A stretch of 64,000 nt of DNA from Clostridia bacterium. Its GTDB lineage: Bacteria > Bacillota > Clostridia > TANB77 > CAG-465. The notes below the pieces were generated by a model that ran no database searches, had not been told where the DNA came from, and was given only the letters and a program-made list of their open reading frames with translations. The translations under genes and the position numbers were made by a program. The stretch lies in contig JAZRUV010000013.1 in assembly GCA_045652705.1 (NCBI GenBank), forward strand, positions 2,478 through 66,477, read 5' to 3'. Each line of letters opens with the position of its first letter. The stretch's first letter is position 1. Of the stretch, positions 56,463 through 64,000 are shown piece by piece.

Positions 56463-58130
56463 AGAATCTCTAATATAATTAATTCGTGAAAAGCAATTAA
56501 TTAGGAGGTTCTCTCTATGACTAATATAACAGAAAAAGAGATAAAATTCAATGAATTAGAAGTAAAAATATATAAATTTGTATGTAAAATAGGTTGTGAG
56601 ATATTAAAATTAGTATTAGAAATGCAAGACCAAAAAATATGTAAGGAAAGAAATAAGAAAAGATATAGATATGTAAAAAGAGTACCTACAACAATAAAAA
56701 CAATAATGGGTGAAGTAGAATATCAAAATACAATATACTATGACAAAGAAAAGAAAGATACTGAGAAAATAAAAGGTGAAAAGAAAACAGTATCCCTGCT
56801 TAAGGAAATGTTAAAAATAAAGAAGTTTGGGATGATGTCAACAAATGTAGCATATATAATGAAAAAAGCAATAACGAGTTTGTCATATAGAAAAACATCA
56901 GAACTTGTAATGAGTATAACAAATTTAACAATAAGTAGTATGGGAGTTTGGGGAATAATACAAACATATGCTGAAGAAATACAGGACATAGAAAATGAAT
57001 TAATAGAGAAAAAAGATGAAGAAATATTAGAACAAGGGACAAAAGATTTAAAGATATTGTATACAGAAGCAGATGGAGTATATTTTAATGTTCAGGGAAA
57101 GGATAGAAAAAAGCTTCAAGAAGAATATAAAAAGAAACATCCAGAGCAACAATTAAATAAATTTAAAAAAGAATTAAAAGTAGGAATAATGTATGAAGAA
57201 AATTGTTCAATAGGAAAACAACAACGAAAAGAACTAGTTGGTAAAGAAGTATTTGCTGGAGTAATGGATACAAAAAGATTAGCTAAATTAATGAGTACAT
57301 ACACACATATAAAATATAACAAAATAGAATTTGTATTACAAAATGCAGATGGTTTGGGTTGGACAAATAAAAAACTGTTCCCGAATGTAATAAGACAATT
57401 AGATGAGTATCATATAATAGAGAAAATAAACAAGAAAATATGTGTAGATGAAGACAGAACAGAATTAATAAAGATGTACCATCAAGAAAAGTTTCAAGAG
57501 ATGCTAAAATATATAGAACAATTAAAAGAAGAATATAGCTATGAAGAAACAGAATGTAAGAAATTGGAGGAACTGAAAGAGTATCTAAGTAAAAACTACA
57601 GTTCATTAAAAAGAGTATATAAAGATAAAGAATTAAAGAAACAATTAGGAATAGAAACAATCGACCACATGGGACATCAAGAAAGCAATAACTATGCAAC
57701 AATAACAAGAAGATTTAAACACAAAAGGATGAGTTTTAGTATTAAAGGTGCAAATAATTTAGCAGTAATTTTAGCAACGGAAAACAGCGAAAGAAAAGAA
57801 AGTGTATATAATGCAATAAATAGTTCATCATTACCAGCAACAATATTAGAGTCAGTAAATGACTATATAGAAAAGATAGAAGCAAATGTAAAAGAATGCA
57901 AAAAGAAAATAAATAAACAAAAAGAAGTGTATGAATTACCAAAAGGGAACTTGTTAAATATAGGAATGTTTGAAAGAGAGGTAGAACAAAAATTAAAAGA
58001 GCTATTATTTAGGTAATTTTTAGACTTAGCGAAGCTATGCCTAAAAATTAGCAAGAAAGCGTAGCTTTCATAATAAAGATATGATAGAATAAACAAAAAC
58101 AAAGAACGAATAAATTATATTAGAGAATTG
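56463..58130 (+). mobile_element. insertion sequence, ISLre2/UPF0236-type, about 1.67 kb
   Basis: Terminal inverted repeats TCTCTAATATAATTAATTCG (56467-56486) and rc of CGAATAAATTATATTAGAGA (58107-58126), with 19 of 20 positions matching. They enclose a single transposase ORF. The outer ends are approximate. Confidence 0.65.
56517..58016 (+). CDS. transposase, UPF0236/ISLre2 family
   Basis: N-terminal ..FNELEVKIYKFVCKIGCEILKLVLEMQDQKI...RYRYVKRVPTTIKTIMGEVEYQNTIY pattern typical of UPF0236 transposases of Clostridia. 499 aa. Confidence 0.6.
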   Translation: MTNITEKEIKFNELEVKIYKFVCKIGCEILKLVLEMQDQKICKERNKKRYRYVKRVPTTIKTIMGEVEYQNTIYYDKEKKDTEKIKGEKKTVSLLKEMLKIKKFGMMSTNVAYIMKKAITSLSYRKTSELVMSITNLTISSMGVWGIIQTYAEEIQDIENELIEKKDEEILEQGTKDLKILYTEADGVYFNVQGKDRKKLQEEYKKKHPEQQLNKFKKELKVGIMYEENCSIGKQQRKELVGKEVFAGVMDTKRLAKLMSTYTHIKYNKIEFVLQNADGLGWTNKKLFPNVIRQLDEYHIIEKINKKICVDEDRTELIKMYHQEKFQEMLKYIEQLKEEYSYEETECKKLEELKEYLSKNYSSLKRVYKDKELKKQLGIETIDHMGHQESNNYATITRRFKHKRMSFSIKGANNLAVILATENSERKESVYNAINSSSLPATILESVNDYIEKIEANVKECKKKINKQKEVYELPKGNLLNIGMFEREVEQKLKELLFR

Positions 58131-58180
58131 CAACCTTGTACTTTACTGATACTATACAAATTAGGCGTATAAACGCAGTA

Positions 58181-58209
58181 TTGACAAGATGCTTGAAATA
58201 TGGTAAAAT
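58181..58209 (+). promoter_or_regulatory. sigmaA-type promoter
   Basis: TTGACA at 58181-58186, 17-nt spacer ending in TGG, TAAAAT at 58204-58209. Confidence 0.6.
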
Positions 58210-58266
58210 TAAATAGTTAAAAAATTAAAAGATAAATATAATTGTTTATCGGGAGGAGTCTTAGTT

Positions 58267-59094
58267 ATGATTGAAACACAAAAATCAATTCGGCTAATCA
58301 AAGCAAAGATTTTTAATATTGGTTGGCTAGAGAATTCTGAGGGGAAACGCATTTCACCCGTGTTTTTAATGCAAGATTATTTAGAAGTAGGTAAATTTGT
58401 TTTAGTAGACACTAATAGAGGGTGTTTTGTATATCATAAAGAGAAGGATGAATTGTTATATTCTGGCATATTAGGCACTAACGTTCATGTAGACCACTGT
58501 ATTGGTGATATATATGATTTAAACTTTGTTACTGAAAGTGGACATAGATGTCATAGGTTGTATTTTTCAGACATAAATTCTCCATATTTAGAATGCCAAG
58601 ATATTAAAAAAATATCTGAGGACAAGTTTGCCGTTAAAAAAAGCGGCCTATGGGGAATAATTGATTTGAACATGAGGTGGCTTGTTACTCCGCGGTGGTT
58701 AAACATTCGTGAATATAACAAATATGGTTGCGCATTGGTATATGAGAAAAATGGCACAAGATCTATTATTGATCGCGATTGTAAATATCTTCTTGAGGAA
58801 ACAGAGTATGATATTAGAAAGGCGTTTACTAAAGACTTATTTTTAGTATATAAAGATGGTTTATATGGAGTAATTGATATAACAGGAGCAATTGTTATTG
58901 CTCTGAATTACAGAAAAATAGTCATGAAGGCAAATTATTTCATAGTGCAGCAAAGCAAATACGGCTTGTATGATATGGCTGGTAATAGATTGTTGGAGTG
59001 CATTTACGATGAAATAATTGAAACTACAGATAAATTTGTCGTAAGAGATTATGCACGTATTGAGTTTGATAAACCAAAAGTAATACATAAGTAA
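58267..59094 (+). CDS. WG-repeat (KWG-type) protein
   Basis: Repeated GLWGIIDLNMRWLVTPRW, GLYGVIDITGAIVIALNY and YGLYDMAGNRLLECIYDEI units. Confidence 0.7.
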   Translation: MIETQKSIRLIKAKIFNIGWLENSEGKRISPVFLMQDYLEVGKFVLVDTNRGCFVYHKEKDELLYSGILGTNVHVDHCIGDIYDLNFVTESGHRCHRLYFSDINSPYLECQDIKKISEDKFAVKKSGLWGIIDLNMRWLVTPRWLNIREYNKYGCALVYEKNGTRSIIDRDCKYLLEETEYDIRKAFTKDLFLVYKDGLYGVIDITGAIVIALNYRKIVMKANYFIVQQSKYGLYDMAGNRLLECIYDEIIETTDKFVVRDYARIEFDKPKVIHK

Positions 59095-59096
59095 TT

Positions 59097-59128
59097 CAAA
59101 AGGCAGGAGTTTTTTACTCCTGCCTTTT
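59097..59128 (+). terminator. rho-independent terminator
   Basis: AAAAGGCAGGAGT-ttttt-ACTCCTGCCTTTT. Confidence 0.85.
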
Positions 59129-59240
59129 GCTATAGCGGAAAGACACATATATATAAACAAGTATACATAAAATAGGATGAAATACTAGATTATTTTCTTA
59201 ATATATTGTATAATATTTAGGTAAGGATAGGGTGAATTAA

Positions 59241-60515
59241 ATGGAAAGTATAGAAAAAAAGGCTTGTGGAATGCTAGGAATATCTAATACAGTAATAGAT
59301 TTAAGTTTAGAATGTGAACAAGAACTTACAGAAAGATTTAATGAAATAGATAATGTAGCATTAATTAATACAGCTAAAGTAATGAATGCATTTAAAAACA
59401 ATAGAATAAGTGATAGCCATTTTAAAGCAACAACTGGTTATGGTTATGACGATATGGGAAGGGCCGCTATAGAGAAAGTTTATGCTGAAATTTTTGGCGC
59501 AGAGGACGCGCTAGTTAGAATAAACTTTGTAAATGGTACACATAGTTTATCTACAGCTATAGCTGGAAATTTAATGCCTGGTGATCTACTTGTAAGTATA
59601 ACAGGTGCACCATATGATACATTGGCTGAAACTATAGGTATAGTTGAAAACAATATGTCTCTTATATCGATGGGAGTAAAATATAAACAAGTGGAACTTA
59701 AAGGCGGCACTTTTGATACTGACTCTGTTTTAGACATTATTAAAAACAATAAAGTAAAAATGATATTTATAGGACGTTCGAGAGGATATTCAACAAGACC
59801 ATCTCAAACAGTAGAACAAATAGGAGAAATAATTAAGAAAATAAAAGAAGTTGACAACGATATAATAGTTATGGTAGATAACTGTTATGGAGAATTTGTA
59901 GAAACTTTTGAACCAACACACGTAGGTGCAGATATAATGGCAGGTTCTTTAATAAAGAACATTGGCGGTGGCCTATGTGAAACAGGTGGATATATAGTAG
60001 GTAAAACTGAACTTGTAGAGAATGCTGCAAAAAGACTTACTGCACCTGGAATAGGCAAAGAATGTGGAGCAACTCTGGGTAAGAATAAAGAAATATTACA
60101 AGGATTATTTATGGCTCCGCAAGCAGTAAAAAATGCAGTTAAAACAGCAGTGCTAACAGCTGCAATGCTAGAAAAACTAGGATACGAAGTAAGTCCATCA
60201 GCTTGGGAATATAGAACAGATATAATCCAATCAGTAATTTTAAGAGATGAGCAAAAATTAATATCTTTTATACAAGGTGTACAAGCAGCAAGTCCAGTAG
60301 ACAGCTTCGTTGTGCCTGAACCTTGGGCTATGCCGGGATATACTAATCCAGTAATAATGGCTGCCGGAACATTTGTAAGTGGTGCTTCAATAGAACTTTC
60401 TTGTGATGCGCCAGTAAAAGAACCATATGCAGTGTTTATGCAAGGTGCATTAACATATGAAAGTGCTAAACTTGGAATATGTACCGCAATAGATAATATG
60501 ATTAGAGGTAAATAG
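59241..60515 (+). CDS. YnbB-like PLP-dependent protein (aluminium-resistance / Met gamma-lyase-like family)
   Basis: ..KV..AF....I.D.HF..TTGYGYDD.GR...E.VYA..FG.EDALVR..FV.GTH pattern. About 424 aa. Confidence 0.75.
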   Translation: MESIEKKACGMLGISNTVIDLSLECEQELTERFNEIDNVALINTAKVMNAFKNNRISDSHFKATTGYGYDDMGRAAIEKVYAEIFGAEDALVRINFVNGTHSLSTAIAGNLMPGDLLVSITGAPYDTLAETIGIVENNMSLISMGVKYKQVELKGGTFDTDSVLDIIKNNKVKMIFIGRSRGYSTRPSQTVEQIGEIIKKIKEVDNDIIVMVDNCYGEFVETFEPTHVGADIMAGSLIKNIGGGLCETGGYIVGKTELVENAAKRLTAPGIGKECGATLGKNKEILQGLFMAPQAVKNAVKTAVLTAAMLEKLGYEVSPSAWEYRTDIIQSVILRDEQKLISFIQGVQAASPVDSFVVPEPWAMPGYTNPVIMAAGTFVSGASIELSCDAPVKEPYAVFMQGALTYESAKLGICTAIDNMIRGK

Positions 60516-61771
60516 TGAATAAAATAGTAATAATAGGTGCTGGCCCAGCAGGTATGATGGCAGGCATAACAGCCGCTCAAAAAGGGGCAAATGTAACAAT
60601 ACTTGAAAAAAACAATGTGCCGGGTAAAAAATTAAATATTACAGGAAAAGGTAGATGTAACATCTCATATGTTGGAGATACAGAGTATTTTCTATCTAAC
60701 ATAGTTACAAACCCTAAGTTTATGATGAGTAGCATATCAAATTTTAATAATGAAGATTTGGTATCATACGTAAATTCTTTAGGGGTAAAAACTAAAGAAG
60801 AAAGAGGAAATAGAGTGTTTCTTGCATCGGATGATGCGCATGAATTAACTTTAGCTTTACAAAGAGAGCTAAATCGTTTAGATGTTAAAATTAAATATAA
60901 CACAAGTGTGAAAAACATAGTTATATGCAGTGGTAGTGTAGCAGGAATTGTAACAGATACAGATGAAGTCATTTATGCAGATAAAGTTTTAATTGCAACA
61001 GGCGGTACAAGCTACTCTTCAACAGGTAGTACGGGTGATGGCTATCGTCTAGCCAAAATGGTAGGGCATGGTATAGTAGATGTGAAACCTGCCTTAGTAC
61101 CACTTGCTTTAAAAGAAAAAGAAATATGCAAAAATTTAAGAGGGGTAACTTTAAAAAATGTAGACCTAAAAATACAAGTTGATGACAAAGCTTACGATAA
61201 AAGATTTGGAGAATTAATGTTTACAGATAAAGGAATAACAGGACCAATAGTTTTAAGTAGTAGTAGTAAGTTAAACAAAGTGAAACATTTAACTTCACTT
61301 GCTTCTCAAGATAAAATCAAAGTTATAATAGATTTAAAACCCACATTGAATGTACAAGAATTATACAAGAGAATAACAAGAGATTTTGAGAAATATATAA
61401 ACAAAGAATTTAAAAATGCACTGTCAGATTTAACTATATCTAGATTAATACCAGTAATAATAGCTAAATCTGCAATATGTGAGACAAAGAAAGTAAATAG
61501 TATAACAAAAGAAGAAAAAGAAAGATTAGTTAAAGTATTTAAGGGATTAGAATTTACATTTAAAGACTTAGAAAATATAAACGCAGGAATAGTAACAAGT
61601 GGTGGAGTCAACGTTAAAGAAATAAATCCTAAAACTATGGAATCTAAAATTATAAAAGGATTATATTTTGCAGGTGAAGTTATAGATGTTGATGCATATA
61701 CAGGTGGATTTAATTTACAAATAGCATTTTCAACAGGATATACAGCAGGAATAAGTATGGGAGAAATTTAA
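60515..61771 (+). CDS. NAD(P)/FAD-dependent oxidoreductase, HI0933/YhiN (BaiN-like) family
   Basis: IVIIGAGPAGMMAGITAA..G..V.ILEKN...GKKL.ITG.GRCN, and C-terminal GLYFAGEVIDVDAYTGGFNLQIAFSTG. Confidence 0.85.
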   Translation: MNKIVIIGAGPAGMMAGITAAQKGANVTILEKNNVPGKKLNITGKGRCNISYVGDTEYFLSNIVTNPKFMMSSISNFNNEDLVSYVNSLGVKTKEERGNRVFLASDDAHELTLALQRELNRLDVKIKYNTSVKNIVICSGSVAGIVTDTDEVIYADKVLIATGGTSYSSTGSTGDGYRLAKMVGHGIVDVKPALVPLALKEKEICKNLRGVTLKNVDLKIQVDDKAYDKRFGELMFTDKGITGPIVLSSSSKLNKVKHLTSLASQDKIKVIIDLKPTLNVQELYKRITRDFEKYINKEFKNALSDLTISRLIPVIIAKSAICETKKVNSITKEEKERLVKVFKGLEFTFKDLENINAGIVTSGGVNVKEINPKTMESKIIKGLYFAGEVIDVDAYTGGFNLQIAFSTGYTAGISMGEI

Positions 61772-62301
61772 TGAAAAAATTTGAACTAGCCAATAGGGAA
61801 AAGGTAGAAACAAATATATTGGAAGTAAAAAAATCTAAATTTATAGCGTTGGTATATTATATAGATAGTCAACAAATGGCAGAAGAAAAAATACAGCAAG
61901 TAAGAGAAGAATACAATGACGCAAGGCACGTAGTGTATGCATATATGTTAAAATCTACGGGACGCTTTACCGATGATAAAGAACCTCAGGGAACAGCGGG
62001 TAAACCGATATATAGTATATTGGAAAAAGAAAATTTGATAAATATACTTGTAGTAGTAATTAGATATTTTGGAGGAATATTACTTGGTGCGGGACCTCTA
62101 ACTCGTGCTTATTCAACAGTTGCCAAAGATGCTTTAAATAAATGTGATAAAGTGCCATATGTAGAGTATATATATGAAAGCATTATTTGTGAGTATAAAG
62201 AGGAAGAAATGATAAAGAGAAATCTACAATCTGCGAATTGTATTGTTCAAGATATAATAAGAACAGAAAAAGTTGAAATAAAATACAAAAAACCGCTGTA
62301 A
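61771..62301 (+). CDS. YigZ/IMPACT family protein (UPF0029)
   Basis: DDKEPQGTAGKPIYSIL......NILVVVIRYFGGILLGAGPLTRAY. Confidence 0.8.
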   Translation: MKKFELANREKVETNILEVKKSKFIALVYYIDSQQMAEEKIQQVREEYNDARHVVYAYMLKSTGRFTDDKEPQGTAGKPIYSILEKENLINILVVVIRYFGGILLGAGPLTRAYSTVAKDALNKCDKVPYVEYIYESIICEYKEEEMIKRNLQSANCIVQDIIRTEKVEIKYKKPL

Positions 62302-62404
62302 ACTCTTTACGTTTACATAATTTTGTGGTAAAATTAATAGTGTAAGACTTATTTGAAAGTTTTAACTATAAACTTTGCAAAATTTAAAAAAGAGGTGTAA
62401 CAAA

Positions 62405-62677
62405 ATGTCACAGACAACAACCACAGCTACCACGTATGCATCCGAACGGGAAAGACAGTACCATGAGGAAGTTCTTCCTAAGCTCTCTGCTGGTATTAAG
62501 CAGATGAACCTGGATGCTCGCTCTCATTTCGTTCTGTACAATTCTGGGATTTATACAGTGAAGGCTTTGAGAGAAATCCTTGAGGCAGGTAAACATATCC
62601 AGATGCTCGATAAGCATGAAGAAGAATATATTTGCAGATGCTTGCAAATCACACCGCCTAAAAAGGATAAAGAGTAA
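62405..62677 (+). CDS. hypothetical protein, 90 aa, strongly atypical composition (about 48% G+C by hand count)
   Basis: ATG at 62405 follows AGAGGTG. Own terminator. No family recognised. Confidence 0.5.
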   Translation: MSQTTTTATTYASERERQYHEEVLPKLSAGIKQMNLDARSHFVLYNSGIYTVKALREILEAGKHIQMLDKHEEEYICRCLQITPPKKDKE

Positions 62678-62692
62678 ATTCAATCGCATATT

Positions 62693-62733
62693 AAAAAAAG
62701 CAAACCACGCACTATTGAGCGTGGTTTGTTGTA
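62693..62733. terminator. bidirectional rho-independent terminator
   Basis: A-run, CAAACCACGC-actattga-GCGTGGTTTG, then a T-rich tail, between convergent genes. Confidence 0.85.
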
Positions 62734-62743
62734 TAAAAAGCTG

Positions 62744-63814
62744 TTACTCAAACGATATAATTATGCCTCCGCCTATAACTATGTTGTTATCGTAAAATAC
62801 AACAGCTTGTCCTGGCGTAATAGCCTTTTGTGGTTCATCAAATACAACTTTTATATTTCCATTATCTAGAGGTATAAGAGTAGCTTTAACTTTTGGTGCA
62901 CTATATCTTATTTTAACAGTAGCAGTAATAGGATGTTTCAAATATTCCATTGTAATTAAGTTAACGTTTTTACATATTAAACTTTCTTCATAAAGTTCTT
63001 CCCTTGGACAAAGTATTACTCTGTTAGTAGTAGCATCTAACTTTTTTACATATAACGGTGCTTTTAACGAAAGACCTAATCCTCTTCTTTGACCAACTGT
63101 ATAATGAATTATGCCTTTGTGTAATCCATAAACGTTCGCATCTGTACCTACAAATTCTCCCTTTATAGGTTTATAGTTATATTCTCTTTCAATAAATCCG
63201 GCATAATCATTGTCTTTAACAAAACAAATTTCTTGACTGTCTTTTTTGTTAGCATTTAAGAAACCATAATCTTCAGCTATTTTTCGTATTTGGTCTTTAG
63301 TATATTTTCCTAAAGGCATTAAGGTATATCTAAGTTGTTCTTGAGTAAGATTATACAGGACGTAAGTTTGATCTTTACCACTAGCATCTGATTCACATAT
63401 ATAATACCTACCTGTTTCTTTGTTATACCCAATTTTAGCATAATGTCCTGTTGCTATATAATCTGCATTAAAAAGTTCACGTGCTTTAGTGAGCATTAAT
63501 CCGAATTTAAGATGTTTGTTGCATTCAATACATGGATTAGGAGTGTGTCCTTCCATATATTCTTTTGCAAAATAGTCTATAACAAACTTTTTAAAATCTT
63601 CTCGTAAATCTAAACAGTGGAATGGAATATCTAATTTCTCTGCTACTTTTTTAGCATCATCTATGGCATCTAGTGAGTCGTTACACAGCTGCATAGTGAC
63701 CCCTATAACGTCATAACCGTCTTGCTTTAAAAGTAATGCGGCAACAGAGCTGTCTACCCCACCGCTTAATCCAAGAACCACTTTTTTTCTAGTATTTTCG
63801 TGCATTTTAATCAC
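62744..63814 (-). CDS. mnmA: tRNA-specific 2-thiouridylase MnmA
   Basis: PP-loop VVLGLSGGVDSSVAA, TPNPC..CN, ATGHYA, KDQTY.L. Confidence 0.93.
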   Translation of the reverse strand: MIKMHENTRKKVVLGLSGGVDSSVAALLLKQDGYDVIGVTMQLCNDSLDAIDDAKKVAEKLDIPFHCLDLREDFKKFVIDYFAKEYMEGHTPNPCIECNKHLKFGLMLTKARELFNADYIATGHYAKIGYNKETGRYYICESDASGKDQTYVLYNLTQEQLRYTLMPLGKYTKDQIRKIAEDYGFLNANKKDSQEICFVKDNDYAGFIEREYNYKPIKGEFVGTDANVYGLHKGIIHYTVGQRRGLGLSLKAPLYVKKLDATTNRVILCPREELYEESLICKNVNLITMEYLKHPITATVKIRYSAPKVKATLIPLDNGNIKVVFDEPQKAITPGQAVVFYDNNIVIGGGIIISFE

Positions 63815-64000
63815 CTATATATATTTTAACATAATATAGCTTAATTTTCAAAGAAAAGAGTTAATGTAGTAGAAAAAGAGAGAAAATTAAGCGTTATCGA
63901 CAAATATAAACAAAAGAGTATAAATTACATACTTGTAAATTGGAAAATATTGGGGTATAATTATGCTGTTGGTTGGAAAAATATAGAAAAACAGGAGGAA

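Noticed and set aside
59885-60580. 231-aa antisense ORF inside the ynbB-like gene. Similar long antisense ORFs occur at 38971-39528 (in sigK), 41000-41527 and 43719-44120.
   Set aside because: All lie opposite well-supported family-assignable genes, lack RBSs, and have composition typical of shadow ORFs in AT-rich genomes.

Overview
This is a low-GC chromosomal segment of Firmicutes/Clostridia type from an endospore former. Hand counts give about 26-30% G+C in core genes.

Backbone: conserved housekeeping and sporulation operons.
- ppdK (5' part only), cobB, ruvA, ftsE-ftsX, mecA
- rpsF-ssb-rpsR, gdpP-rplI-dnaB-tilS-ftsH
- spoIID, a spoIIQ-like gene, spoIIID, mreB
- U32 peptidase-tcdA, an uninterrupted pro-sigK, tRNA-Thr(GGU), DUF3137-lemA
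- SPOCS/LysM gene plus yunB, rplM-rpsI, ireB-ruvX-DUF1292
- ynbB-like, yhiN-like and yigZ genes, and mnmA

Accessory or unusual content between these operons:
1. An eight-gene cassette of tiny ORFans with foreign base composition. It includes a divergent ribosomal protein uS11 paralog (2064-4309).
2. An in-frame FtsX / coiled-coil / M23 peptidase fusion (5859-8171).
3. A cytoplasmic protein built from about 50 tandem [DN]xxG[YF] five-residue repeats (8328-9899).
4. A Tad/Flp-like pilus module with no ATPase, no prepilin peptidase and only one platform gene (10428-15525).
5. A gene block inserted between rpsR and gdpP and bracketed by a family of near-identical palindromic hairpins (17594-20624).
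6. Two copies of a small-protein family, each next to a large acidic protein (18507-20560 and 40209-41846).
7. An orphan VirD4/TraG-type coupling protein with an unknown partner, directly upstream of spoIID (28997-31644).
8. An operon encoding a two-TM mini-protein, a TadZ-like pseudo-receiver/ParA protein with a defective P-loop, and a degenerate GGDEF protein (52047-55218).
9. An HD plus degenerate EAL protein (49002-50648).
10. One ISLre2/UPF0236-type IS (56463-58130).
11. Several single-gene ORFan islets with atypical composition.

I saw no CRISPR array, rRNA gene, riboswitch or intact prophage/ICE. All calls rest on my own reading of the sequence and recall of protein families. No database search was run.
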